A stretch of DNA of 64,000 nucleotides from an uncultured Chloroflexia bacterium (GTDB lineage: Bacteria; Chloroflexota; Limnocylindria; Limnocylindrales; CSP1-4), in assembly GCA_963809375.1 (NCBI GenBank), contig CAWEJO010000011.1, forward strand, positions 5,028-69,027, written 5' to 3'. Under the pieces are notes generated by a model. The model searched no databases and had not been told where the DNA came from. It worked only from the letters and a program-made list of their open reading frames with translations. Made by a program: the position numbers and the translations under genes. Shown one piece after another: positions 32,748-42,243 of the stretch. Each line of letters opens with the position of its first letter. The first letter of the stretch is position 1.

Positions 32748-33781
32748 GCGGACCTCCCCGCGACGAGGGCGTGGTCGTGGACGACGTCGACGAGGCGGGC
32801 GAGCGCGTCCGGATCGGTGCCCGGCAGGACCCCGTGGCCCAGGTTGAAGACGTGGCCCGGCTGCCCGGCCGCCGCGTCGAGGATCGCCCGCGCGTCACGT
32901 TCGACCGCGTCGAACGGCCCGAGCAGCAGGCTCGGGTCGAGGTTGCCCTGGACGCCCCGGTCGAACCCGACGCTCGCCCACCCGGCCGCGAGGTCGACCC
33001 GCCAGTCGAGGCCGATCACGTCGCCGCCGGCTGCGGCCTGCTGCTCGAGAAGGCCGCCCGACACCACCCCGAAATGGATCGTCGGAACGCCGAGGGGCCG
33101 CAGGGCGGCGAAGATGCGGGCCATCCAGGGGGCCACGGAGCGCGCGTAGTCGAGCGGGGCGAGCGTGCCGACCCACGAGTCGAAGACCTGGACGGCCTGC
33201 GCTCCCGCGGCGACCTGCGCCCGGAGGTAGAGGACCGTGGTCTCGGCCAGGCGGTCCATCAGGGCGCCCCATGCCGCCGGCTCGCTCCGCATGAGCGTCT
33301 TGGTCCGGACGAACTCCTTCGATGGCCCGCCCTCGACGAGGTAGCACGCGAGCGTGAACGGCGCGCCGGCGAACCCGATCAGCGGGACGGGGCTCGCGGC
33401 CCGCACGAGCCGGATCGCCTCGAGGAGCGGACCGACGGCCGCGGCGGGGTCGAACGGCCGCAGGCGGGCGACGTCGGAGGCGGACCGGATCGGGCGCGCG
33501 ATCACGGGCCCGCGGCCCTCGAGGATATCGAAGTCGACGCCCAGCCCTTCGAACGGGGTGGTGATGTCGGCGAAGAGGATCGCAGCGTCGACGCCCAGCC
33601 GGCGCACCGGCTGGAGCGTGACCTCGGCGCACAGCGCAGCGTCGCGGGTGATCTCGACGAGGGTGGCCCGCTCGCGGATCGCCCGGTACTCGGGCAGCGC
33701 CCGGCCGGCCTGGCGCATGAACCAGACCGGGGTCGCGTCGACCGGCTCGCGGCGGCAGGCCCGCAGGAAGCGGTCGTTCAT
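32744..33781 (-). CDS. hemE: Uroporphyrinogen decarboxylase
   Basis: This is the 345-aa C-terminal part of ORF 32744..34903: PVWFMRQAGRALPEYR, FDILEGRG, VFDSWVG, FNLGHGVLP. It has 4-nt overlaps with hemL upstream and hemH downstream. Confidence 0.92.
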   Translation of the reverse strand: MNDRFLRACRREPVDATPVWFMRQAGRALPEYRAIRERATLVEITRDAALCAEVTLQPVRRLGVDAAILFADITTPFEGLGVDFDILEGRGPVIARPIRSASDVARLRPFDPAAAVGPLLEAIRLVRAASPVPLIGFAGAPFTLACYLVEGGPSKEFVRTKTLMRSEPAAWGALMDRLAETTVLYLRAQVAAGAQAVQVFDSWVGTLAPLDYARSVAPWMARIFAALRPLGVPTIHFGVVSGGLLEQQAAAGGDVIGLDWRVDLAAGWASVGFDRGVQGNLDPSLLLGPFDAVERDARAILDAAAGQPGHVFNLGHGVLPGTDPDALARLVDVVHDHALVAGRSA

Positions 33782-35097
33782 GCCGGCGCCCCGGACGCCG
33801 CCGCGACGGCTCCGAAGGCCGTCCGGGCGGCCGCCAGCGTCTCGTCGAGCTCGGCCTGCCCGTGGGCGAGCGAGCCGAACCAGGCCTCGAACTGCGACGG
33901 CGCGAGGAGGATGCCCGCGTCGAGCATCGCGCCGAAGAAGCGCGCGTATGCAGCCCGGTCGGATTCGAACGCCTGCTCCGCGTTCGCCGGGGCGCCGTCG
34001 CGGAAGAAGACGGTCAGCAGCGACCCGACGCGCGTGATCCCGACCTGCACGCCGGCAGACGCGGCGGCGCCCGCGAGGCCCGCCTCGAGCGCGGCGCCGG
34101 TCGATTCGAGGACCGCGTAGGCGTCCGGCGTCAGCAGCCGCAGCGTCGCGATGCCGGCGGCCATCGCGAGCGGGTGGCCGGACAGCGTACCGGCCTGGTA
34201 GACCGGCCCGGACGGCGCGACGAGGTCCATCAGGTCGCGCCGGCCACCGTAGGCGCCCACCGGCATGCCGCCGCCGACGATCTTGCCGAGCACGGTGAGG
34301 TCGGGCAGGACGCCGTAGCGCCGCTGCGCGCCCCCCGGACCGACGCGGAACCCGGTGATCACCTCGTCGAAGACGAGCAGCGCGCCATTGGCGGCGGTCA
34401 CCGCGCGCAGTCCCTCGAGGAACCCGGGGGCCGGCGGGATGACCCCGGCGTTGGCGGCGACCGGCTCGACGATCACGCCGGCGATGCGCCCCGGATGTGC
34501 CGCGAACGCGGCGGCGACCGCCCCGAGGTCGTTGAACGGCACCACGACGGTCGCGGCCGCGGTGGCCTGCGGGACGCCCGCGCTGCCCGGGATCGCCAGG
34601 GTCGCGACGCCGGACCCGGCTTCGACGAGCAGGCCGTCGCTGTGGCCGTGGTAGCCGCCGCTGCACTTGACGATCAGGTCGCGGCCGGTCGCTCCGCGGG
34701 CGAGGCGAACGGCGCTCATGGCGGCCTCGGTGCCCGAGGACGTGAAGCGGAGCCGCTCGAGCGACGGCATCGCCGTCCGGATGCGCTCCCCGAGCTCGAT
34801 CTCGCGCGGTCCGGTCGCCCCCAGGGCGAAGCCGTCGAGGGCTGCCGCGCGGACGGCCTCGACGATGCCCGGGTGCGCGTGGCCGAGGATCGCCGGCCCC
34901 CACGAGCCGATCCAGTCGACGTACCAGCGCCCGTCGGCGTCGCGCACGCGGGCCCCGCGGCCGGCGTCGAGCACGAGTGGCGGCCGCCCGACGGCCCGGA
35001 ACGCCCGGACCGGGCTGTTCACGCCACCCGGGAAGAGGTCCTCGGCCCGGGCCCGCAGCTCCGCCTGGCTGCCGCCGATCGGCAGGTCGAGCGTCAT
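33778..35097 (-). CDS. hemL: Glutamate-1-semialdehyde 2,1-aminomutase
   Basis: 439 aa from the internal ATG of ORF 33778..35724: [54 protein letters not shown]. Confidence 0.92.
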   Translation of the reverse strand: MTLDLPIGGSQAELRARAEDLFPGGVNSPVRAFRAVGRPPLVLDAGRGARVRDADGRWYVDWIGSWGPAILGHAHPGIVEAVRAAALDGFALGATGPREIELGERIRTAMPSLERLRFTSSGTEAAMSAVRLARGATGRDLIVKCSGGYHGHSDGLLVEAGSGVATLAIPGSAGVPQATAAATVVVPFNDLGAVAAAFAAHPGRIAGVIVEPVAANAGVIPPAPGFLEGLRAVTAANGALLVFDEVITGFRVGPGGAQRRYGVLPDLTVLGKIVGGGMPVGAYGGRRDLMDLVAPSGPVYQAGTLSGHPLAMAAGIATLRLLTPDAYAVLESTGAALEAGLAGAAASAGVQVGITRVGSLLTVFFRDGAPANAEQAFESDRAAYARFFGAMLDAGILLAPSQFEAWFGSLAHGQAELDETLAAARTAFGAVAAASGAPA

Positions 35098-36081
35098 CGC
35101 TCGTCCTCGCGGAGCCAGCGCGCGGCGTCCGCCGCCGCGTACGTGATCACGAAGTCGGCGCCCGCCCGGACGATCGAGACCAGGCTCTCGAGGACGATCC
35201 GGCGCTCGTCGACCCAGCCGCGCTCGGCGGCCGCCTTGATCAGCGCGTACTCGCCGCTCACCTGGTAGGCCCCGAGCGGCACGTCCCAGTCGGCGCGGGC
35301 GCGGGCCAGGATGTCGAGCGACGGCATGGCCGGCTTCACGAGCAGCATGTCGGCGCCCTCGGCCACGTCCGCCGCGATCTCGCGACGCGATTCCCGGGCG
35401 TTCGCGGGGTCCATCTGGTAGCCGCGCCGGTCGCCGAATGCGGGTGCGGAATCGGCGGCCTCGCGGAACGGCCCGTAGAACGCCGACGCGGTCTTGGCGG
35501 CGTACGCGAGGATCGGCGTGTCCGCGTGACCCCCGGCGTCGAGCCCGGCGCGGATCGCCGCCACCTGGCCGTCCATCATCGCGCTCGGCGCGACGATGTC
35601 GGCGCCGGCCGCGGCCTGCGAGGCCGCCGTCCTGGCAAGGCGCTCGATGGCCGCGTCGTTGTCCACCCGGCCGTCGGGCAGGAGCGGGCCGCAATGGCCG
35701 TGGTCCGTGTACTCGCACAGGCACGTGTCGGCGATGACGACGAGCGGCAGGTCGGCGTCGCGCAGCCGGCCGAGCGCCTCCTGGACGATCCCGTCCGCGA
35801 TCCAGGCGCCCGAGCCCTCGGGGTCCTTGGCGGCGGGAAGGCCGAAGACGATGACGCCGCCGACCCCAAGCCGGGCCAGGCCGCGGGCCTCCTCGACCGC
35901 GACGTCAGGCGAGACCCGGTCGACGCCCGGGCATCGAGCCGATCGGCTCGCGCACGCCGGCGCCCGGCCGCACGAAGATCGGCGCCACCAGCATCGCGGG
36001 ATGGACGCGCGTCTCGCGCACGAGATTCCGCAGGGCGGCCGTGCGGCGGGTGCGCCGCAGACGCGAGGCGAGCATGGTCAT
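35094..36081 (-). pseudogene. hemB: Porphobilinogen synthase (ALA dehydratase), one frame break near 35926-35930
   Basis: The N-terminus [37 protein letters not shown]...SMPG is the tail of ORF 35905..37218. It continues as [16 protein letters not shown]...[14 protein letters not shown]...VDNDAA in the frame of ORF 35094..35666 ([20 protein letters not shown]). Confidence 0.9.
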
Positions 36082-36939
36082 CCGACGGGCTCCAGGGTTG
36101 GGCCACTCGCCGGGCGGGATGCCGCGACGAGGTCGGCGAGTGCCTCGAGATCGCCCGATGGCGCCTCGTGGACGGTGACGAAGCCGGCATCCCGGGCGAC
36201 GGCCGCAGTCGACGGCCCGATGCACCAGGCCGGCAGCCGGCGCGCGCCGTCGCGGCCGTCGACCGACAGCAGGGCCAGCAGGCCGCGGACCGTGGATCCG
36301 CTGGTGAACACGAACCCGTCCGGCCCGGATGCGACGATCGCGCGAGCCTCGCCGAGCGCGGTCGGGGGCCCCTCGATGGTGCGATAGGCGACCACGTCGT
36401 CGACGTCGGCGCCGCGCTGCCGCAGCCGCTCGGCGACGGCTGCATCGGACCGATCGCCGCGGACGACCAGGACGCGCTCCCCGGGGACCACGGGGAGCCC
36501 CGCGCCGAGGGCGTCGGCCGTCGCTGGCGCCGGGACGAACAGGGCCGTCGCGCCGGCCCGCCCGAGGGCCGCAGCCGTCGCCGTCCCGACCGCAGCCCAC
36601 CGGGCCGTTGCGAGGTCCGCGCCGGCCCGCCGGGCGGCCGCGGCGAGCGCGGCGACGCCGCTGGCGCTGGTGACCACGACCCACGCGTACGCCGCGAGGC
36701 GAAGTGCCGCCGACGTCGAGGTCAGGGTTGGGCTCGAGCGGCTCGATCGCGATCGTCGGGACGTGCAGCGGCGCGACGCCCCGCGCCCGGAGCGCGGCGA
36801 CGAGGTCGTCCGCCCGGCCGATCTCGCGGGTCACCACCACCCGGAACCGGGGATGGCGGCCGGCGGCCCGGCCGAGATCGTTGGCGAGCGTCGCGGCGAG
36901 CTCGCCCGCGACCTCGTGACGCGCGCTCGACGGCGCCAT
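36078..36939 (-). pseudogene. hemD: Uroporphyrinogen-III synthase, at least one frame break near 36690. Start uncertain; it may be fused to hemC.
   Basis: [38 protein letters not shown] is in the frame of ORF 35905..37218. [13 protein letters not shown]...[13 protein letters not shown] is in ORF 36078..36677. There is no stop between the putative hemC tail and RVVVTRE. Confidence 0.7.
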
Positions 36940-37893
36940 CCGACGCGGGCCCAGGCGACCCGCTGGGCCGGCCGGCCCGTGCCCGCCGACGGCACGCCGG
37001 TGAAGGTCGTGCCCGGGCGCGGCCGCGACGCCTCGACGGGCGCGTCGCCGACCGGGACGCCGGCAGGATCGGCCGCCGCCCCGACGATCGAGATGCCGGA
37101 GCCGGTCACGGTCGCGAGGGCACCGATCGGCGCCCGGCAGCCGCCGCCGCTCGCGGCGAGGAACGCGCGCTCGGCCTCCACGGCGGCCCGCGTCGGCCGC
37201 GTCGTCGAGCCGCTCCACGAGCGCGAGCGCGGCACGGATCGTCCGCCCGGCACTGGACGGCGAGCGCGCCCTGGCCCGGGCGCGGGCGGCAGCACGTCGG
37301 ACGCGAGCGCATCTGGCTGATCCGGCCGGCGAGGCCCAGGCGGGCCAGGCCGGCGACGGCGAGCACCAGCGCGTCCGTCTCGCCGGCGCCGAGGCGCCGC
37401 AGGCGCGTGTCGACGTTCCCGTGCAGCGGATGCGGTCGCAGGTCCGGCCGGCGAGCGAGGAGGAATGCCACCCGGCGCGGGCTGTCGGTGCCGATCGCGG
37501 GCGCCCGGCCGGCAGCGTGTCGAGGGTCGTCGCCGGCGTCCGCGTCGACGAGCGCGTCGCGCGGGATCCTCGCGGAGCGGGATAGGCCGCGATCCGCAGG
37601 CGCGGGTTCTCGGTCGTCGGGACGTCCTTCGCGCTGTGGACCGCGACGTCGATCCGCCCGATCGAGGAGCGCGGCCTCGAGCGCGGTCACGAAGGCACCC
37701 TCGCCCCAGACGGTGTCCGGGGCGCGCGTGTCGCCCGCCGTCCGGATCGTGACCATCTCGACCGTCGCCCCGAGCTCCCGCGAGCGCGTCGGCGATCATC
37801 CCGGACTGGGCGCAGCGCCAGGGCGCTGCCGCGCGTCCCGAGGCGGAGCCGAGCGGGCGCTGCGATCCTCCCCGGCACTCCTGCGCCGGTCAC
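36940..37893 (-). pseudogene. hemC: Hydroxymethylbilane synthase (porphobilinogen deaminase), about 4 frame breaks; 3' boundary uncertain
   Basis: Pieces are scattered over three frames: LRLGTRGSALAL (tail of ORF 37687..39117), VTIRTAGDTRAPD...[15 protein letters not shown] and [12 protein letters not shown]...[12 protein letters not shown]...[14 protein letters not shown] (ORF 37106..37756), and [22 protein letters not shown] (ORF 36831..37799). The GTG start overlaps the hemA stop. Confidence 0.8.
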
Positions 37894-39071
37894 AGCCCGA
37901 AGAGATCGCGGGCGGCGCGCTCGAGCGTCCCGGCGTCGTCGGCGTGCAGCGCGTCGAGCGGCGCGTGGAGCAGCGCGGCCACCAGGCGATGGCTCATCTG
38001 CTCGATCGCCGCGCGCTCGTCCGGGCCGAGCTCCGGGCAGCCGGCGGAGGAGCCACGCCAGCTCGTCGCTGGCGGACCTGCTCCGCCGAGGCGGCGACCG
38101 CCTGGATGAGCGGGACAGAGTCGCGGTTGCGCAGCCACTGGCAGTAGTCGCGGCCCGGCCTCGGCCACGAGCTTCTCGATCCGCCGCCGGAGGCGGTCCT
38201 GCGGGTGCGAACTCGGGGCCGACGACGAGGTCGTCGACGGAGGTGAAGGCGCGCCGAGCCGCTCCTGGAGGTCGGGCGCGACGGAGGGCGGCGACGAGAG
38301 GTCCACGACCGGCGGCCGCCGCCGACGAGCGCGGTCGGCGTCGCGGAGCCCGACCAGCCAGGGTCCGCCGAGGGCGACGATCGCCCCGTCGACGGGCGGC
38401 ACGACGTCGTCGACGCCGAACGCGACCGCGGCGCCACCGACCTCGCGCCGCCAGCGCCGCCGCTCGTGCGTCCGTCCGGTTCATGACGACGACCCGGGCG
38501 CCGCGCCGGTGGGCGGCGAACGCCGCCAGCCGGCCCATCCGCCCGACGCCGGCCACGAGGATCGTCCGTGCCGTCGAGCCACCCGACCTCCGCCGCGATC
38601 CGGTCGAGGGCGACGTCGGCGAGCGAGCGGGGGGATCCGTCGAACCAGGCGTGCGCGCGCCGGCCGGCGCGCAGGGCGGCCTGGACGAGGCGGTCCAGCG
38701 ACCGGATCGAGCGGGCCGGCCGCCCGACGATCCTGGAGCGCGACGCGGATCTGGTGGAGGATCTGGTCCTCGCCGAAGACGGCCGAGTCGAGGCCGCAGG
38801 CGACCTCGATCAGGTGGCGCGCCGCATCGGCGTCGTCGATCCGCTCGGCGCCGGGCGGAGGCGGCGGCAGGGCCGGCAGGTTGCCTGCGGCCGGCGCGAC
38901 GTACACCTCGACGCGGTGGCAGGTGCGGACGAGGAACGCCCCGCTCGATCCGTTCTCGAGCGCCGCGGCGCAGGCTTCGGCGGCCGAGACCGCGTAGGCC
39001 TCCCGCGTCGCGCTGGGGACGTGGCGTGCGTGGAGGACGGTGGCGACGATCGTGGGCGAGGCAGCCCGCAT
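37890..39071 (-). pseudogene. hemA: Glutamyl-tRNA reductase, about 6-8 frame breaks
   Basis: The N-terminus to GEDQILHQIRVAL is in ORF 38481..39071. RSLDRLVQAALRAGRRAHAWF is in a second frame. ILVAGVGRMGRLAAFAAHRRGARVVVMNRT (NADPH fold) is in ORF 37687..39117. VDGAIVALGGP, DYCQWLRNRDSVPLIQA and ERAAIEQMSHRLVAALLHAPL alternate between ORFs 37890..38402 and 37994..38437. Confidence 0.85.
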
Positions 39072-39113
39072 CGCGGCGCCCGCCGCGCGCGGGGCCGCGT
39101 TGCCGACCAGCGG

Positions 39114-39870
39114 TCACGGGCGCACACCTCCGCGGGGTGCCGCGTCGCGCATCACCCCGTCGAACGGCCGGATGGCCGCGTGCTCGTAGCCCTCGAGCGT
39201 GGCGTCGAGCAGGCGGTCGATCGCCACGGTCATCGACTCCAGCAGGTCGGTCGCCCCGGCGGCGTCGAGGTCGCGCCGCCGGACTGCGTCGCCCATCTCG
39301 CGGACGAACGGCATCCGGAACCGGAGGAACATGGCGACGGTCTCGCGCATCGTCGCTCCCAGCGTCCCCGAGATCCGGCCGTAGGCGGCCGCCGCGATCA
39401 GCCCCTCGGCGAGCGCGGCGTCACGGGCCGTGTCGCCGTGGGCCTCGAGGTAGCCGAGGATCGATGCCGTCACGACCCGGCCGTACTCGCGGAGCGGCTC
39501 GCGCGCACCCGACGGCACGCCGTCGAGGAAGCCGTGGGAGACGCCGGTCTCGGCCAGGCTTCGCCGATAGGCGCGCTGGATGAGGTCGGCGGACGCGACG
39601 GCGCTGCGGGGACGCGGGGGAGCCCGTGTGGCGTCGCAGCATGGCCTCCACGGCCAGGCGGGCGAAGCGTCGGTGGCCGCCGGGCGTCGGGTAGGCGGCG
39701 ATCGCGCCGTCGTCCGCCCAGCGGCGGAGCGTTGCGGTCGAAACGCCGAGCATCCGGCTGGCGGCGCCCATCGAGAGCCAGGCGGTCACCTCCACGGGTT
39801 GCGCCGTGGCCACCGCAGCTCCAGCCTCGCCCGCAGCGTCCGGATCGCTCATCTCGCTCATTTCCATCAA
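39114..39870 (-). pseudogene. MerR/excisionase-type HTH regulator with an uncharacterised helical C-domain, one frame break near 39590. It is the first gene of the heme operon.
   Basis: WLSMGAASRMLGVSTATLRRWADDGAIAAYPTPGGHRRF is in ORF 39421..39870. The sequence ADLIQRAYRRSLAETGVSHGFLDGVPSGAREPL... continues in the frame of ORF 39114..39518. Confidence 0.65.
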
Positions 39871-40158
39871 TTCGCCAGCGTGTCCGTCGGGACCGGTCGT
39901 CCGGTCTCCACGCCGATGGTCGGGGATGCGTCGGCCTCCCGGCTAGGTGCGACACGGCACATTTCCGATAGGTCGAGTTCGTCCGGATGGGCAGATTTGC
40001 TCGCCTGCATGTATCGAACGATAGACCGAGATTCGAGCGATACGAGCAATTCGAGCGCTTGTGCGGTCGCCTGACCGGCCGTGCGGCGCCGGTGACGAGC
40101 CTCAGCCGGCCGTCGTCGCGGCGGTCGCGCCGGCCGTGCCGGGGTCGGAGACGGCTCC

Positions 40159-41130
40159 TCAGCCGGCCGTGGTCACGGCGGTCGCGCCAGCCCCGGCGCC
40201 GCCCGCGGAGGCCGGACGGGCCGGTCGGGTGGGCCACGCGACGAAGAGCGCCATCGGCACGAGGTACAGCAGCCACCCCGCGGCCTCGGCCAGCGTCGGC
40301 TCCGGCCGGATCCCGAGGACCCCGGTGAGCAGCGCCGCCTGGAGGGTGTCCGGCTCGGCGAGCACGCCGAGGTTGCCGACGACATCCTGGCCGAAGGTGA
40401 CCCAGCCCACCTCGTGCGCCGCGTGGATCGACGATGCGACGAGCCCGGCGGCGACGAGGACCAGGACGAACCCGGTGATCCGGAAGAACCGGCCGAGGTT
40501 GAGGCGGACGCCGCCGCGATAGATCCCGTAGCCGATGACCACCGCGACCAGGATCCCGAGCGTGGCGCCGCCGCCGGCCGCGACGGGCGACCCGGACGCG
40601 TTGAACGCGGCCAGCAGGAAGACGGCGGTCTCGAACCCCTCGCGCAGGACGGCCAGGAACGCCATCGTCACGAGCGCCCACGCCGTGCCTTCCGCGAGGG
40701 CGCTGGCCGTCGCGCCCTCGAGGTGGCCCTTCATCGCTCGGGCGTTGCGGCGCATCCAGACGATCATGTACGTGACCATCAGGATCGCGCCGAAGCCGAC
40801 GATGACCTCGAGGGCCTCCTGCTGGCCCGGCTGCAGCGACGCGGAGAGCACCTGGAGCCCGACCGCGACTGCCAGGCAGATCGCAACGGCGGCCGCGACG
40901 CCGGCACCGACCATCCGCAGCGCCCCGGTTCGCCCGCTCCGCCGCAGGAAGGCGGCGATGATGCCGATGATCAGGGCGGCCTCGATTCCTTCGCGCAGGC
41001 CGATCACGAACGTTGCGAGCACCAGTGCCTCCGGAGTGGTTCGCTGGCGCCTCCCCGTCGCAGAGGCGCCGGCCGCCACCGGGTCGACGTACAAGTACCC
41101 TTGCGAGGCCGCAGCAAGGATGCTTGTCAT
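40159..41130 (-). CDS. efeU: FTR1/EfeU-family high-affinity iron permease
   Basis: Two REGxE motifs (GLREGIEAAL and VLREGFETAV) lie in a 7-TM protein within ORF 40159..42027. An alternative GTG start just before LATFVIGLREG (about 41023) would give the canonical N-terminus. Confidence 0.85.
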   Translation of the reverse strand: MTSILAAASQGYLYVDPVAAGASATGRRQRTTPEALVLATFVIGLREGIEAALIIGIIAAFLRRSGRTGALRMVGAGVAAAVAICLAVAVGLQVLSASLQPGQQEALEVIVGFGAILMVTYMIVWMRRNARAMKGHLEGATASALAEGTAWALVTMAFLAVLREGFETAVFLLAAFNASGSPVAAGGGATLGILVAVVIGYGIYRGGVRLNLGRFFRITGFVLVLVAAGLVASSIHAAHEVGWVTFGQDVVGNLGVLAEPDTLQAALLTGVLGIRPEPTLAEAAGWLLYLVPMALFVAWPTRPARPASAGGAGAGATAVTTAG

Positions 41131-41286
41131 TCCGCGTGGTGTCAAGCGCCGCGTCCGGAGCAGGCTACGGCGTGATCGCGACGACGGCGGCCCGGAGCGC
41201 CGGCGCCGCCGCACCGCGGGGATGCGATCCGCTGGGCCGGGTGGCGGCGGTGGCTGCGCCTTCGGGCGCGGCGCAGCCGGGACCGG

Positions 41287-42243
41287 ATGACCGGCCGCGG
41301 GGCCGTGACTGGTATCGTGGTAGCCGTGGAACCGCGCCACGGGACGGAGGAGCGCTCGGCGGTCGCGAGCGGTGAGCAGCCGGTCCGCGATCGACCGATC
41401 CTGCACGCCCGATGGCTCGGGAGGGTCGCCTACCGCGACGCGTGGGCACTCCAGCAGGCGCTCGCGGCGGCGCGCTCCGACGGCGCCCTCGCCGACGACC
41501 AGCTGCTGCTCCTCGAGCACGATCCGGTGCTCACCCTCGGTCGCAACGCCGACCCCGAGCATGTCCTGGCGCCCAGGGAGCTGCTCGCTGCGCGCGGCAT
41601 CGAGGTTCTCCGGGTGGAGCGCGGTGGCGAGGTGACCTATCACGGCCCCGGCCAGCTGGTTGCCTATCCCGTCGTCGCCCTCGGCACGGGCCGCGGCGCG
41701 CTCGGCGTGCGATCGTTCGTCGCGGCGCTCGAAGGCGCGATGGAGGACGTGTGCGCCGCGTCCGGCGTGGCTGCCGGTCCGCGGGCCGGCCATCCGGGGA
41801 CCTGGGCCGGCAGCGGCGACGGCCCGGTCCGCAAGGTCGGCGCCATCGGGATCCGGATCGCCCGGGGCGTCAGCTTCCACGGGATCGCCCTCAACGTCAG
41901 CACCGATCTCGCGGACTTCGACCTGATCGATCCGTGTGGCATGCCGGGGCTCCGATCCACGTCGCTCGCGCACGAGCGCGCCCGGATCGCGCGAGCCGGG
42001 CACGCTGGCCACGCAGAGCGACGCCACGCCGGCGACCCTCCCGGAACGCCGCGTTCCGCCGGTGCTGACCTGGCGGACGGCCCGACGACCGAGAGCGTGG
42101 CCTGGGCAGCCGCCATCTTCGCTCCCGCCCTCGCCCGCCGGCTCGGCAGGCAGCTCGCCGGCGTCCTCCCGCCCGCCGCCGACCCGCAGGCCGAACGACG
42201 GACCCTCGAGGCGCTCGCCGGCGCGGCGCCGAGCCCGCGCTGA
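41287..42243 (+). CDS. lipB: Octanoyltransferase (lipoyl(octanoyl) transferase)
   Basis: LLLLEHDPVLTLGR, RGGEVTYHGPGQLVAYPV, RKVGAIGIR..GVSFHGIALNV. A GTG at 41326 is an alternative start. The C-terminal approximately 80 aa is a low-complexity extension. Confidence 0.85.
   Translation: MTGRGAVTGIVVAVEPRHGTEERSAVASGEQPVRDRPILHARWLGRVAYRDAWALQQALAAARSDGALADDQLLLLEHDPVLTLGRNADPEHVLAPRELLAARGIEVLRVERGGEVTYHGPGQLVAYPVVALGTGRGALGVRSFVAALEGAMEDVCAASGVAAGPRAGHPGTWAGSGDGPVRKVGAIGIRIARGVSFHGIALNVSTDLADFDLIDPCGMPGLRSTSLAHERARIARAGHAGHAERRHAGDPPGTPRSAGADLADGPTTESVAWAAAIFAPALARRLGRQLAGVLPPAADPQAERRTLEALAGAAPSPR

Noticed and set aside
34977-38147. A 1056-aa plus-strand ORF across hemL, hemB, hemD, hemC and hemA
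   Set aside because: It is antisense to recognisable heme enzymes and has no domain signature. Its length is explained by the lack of stop codons at this GC content.
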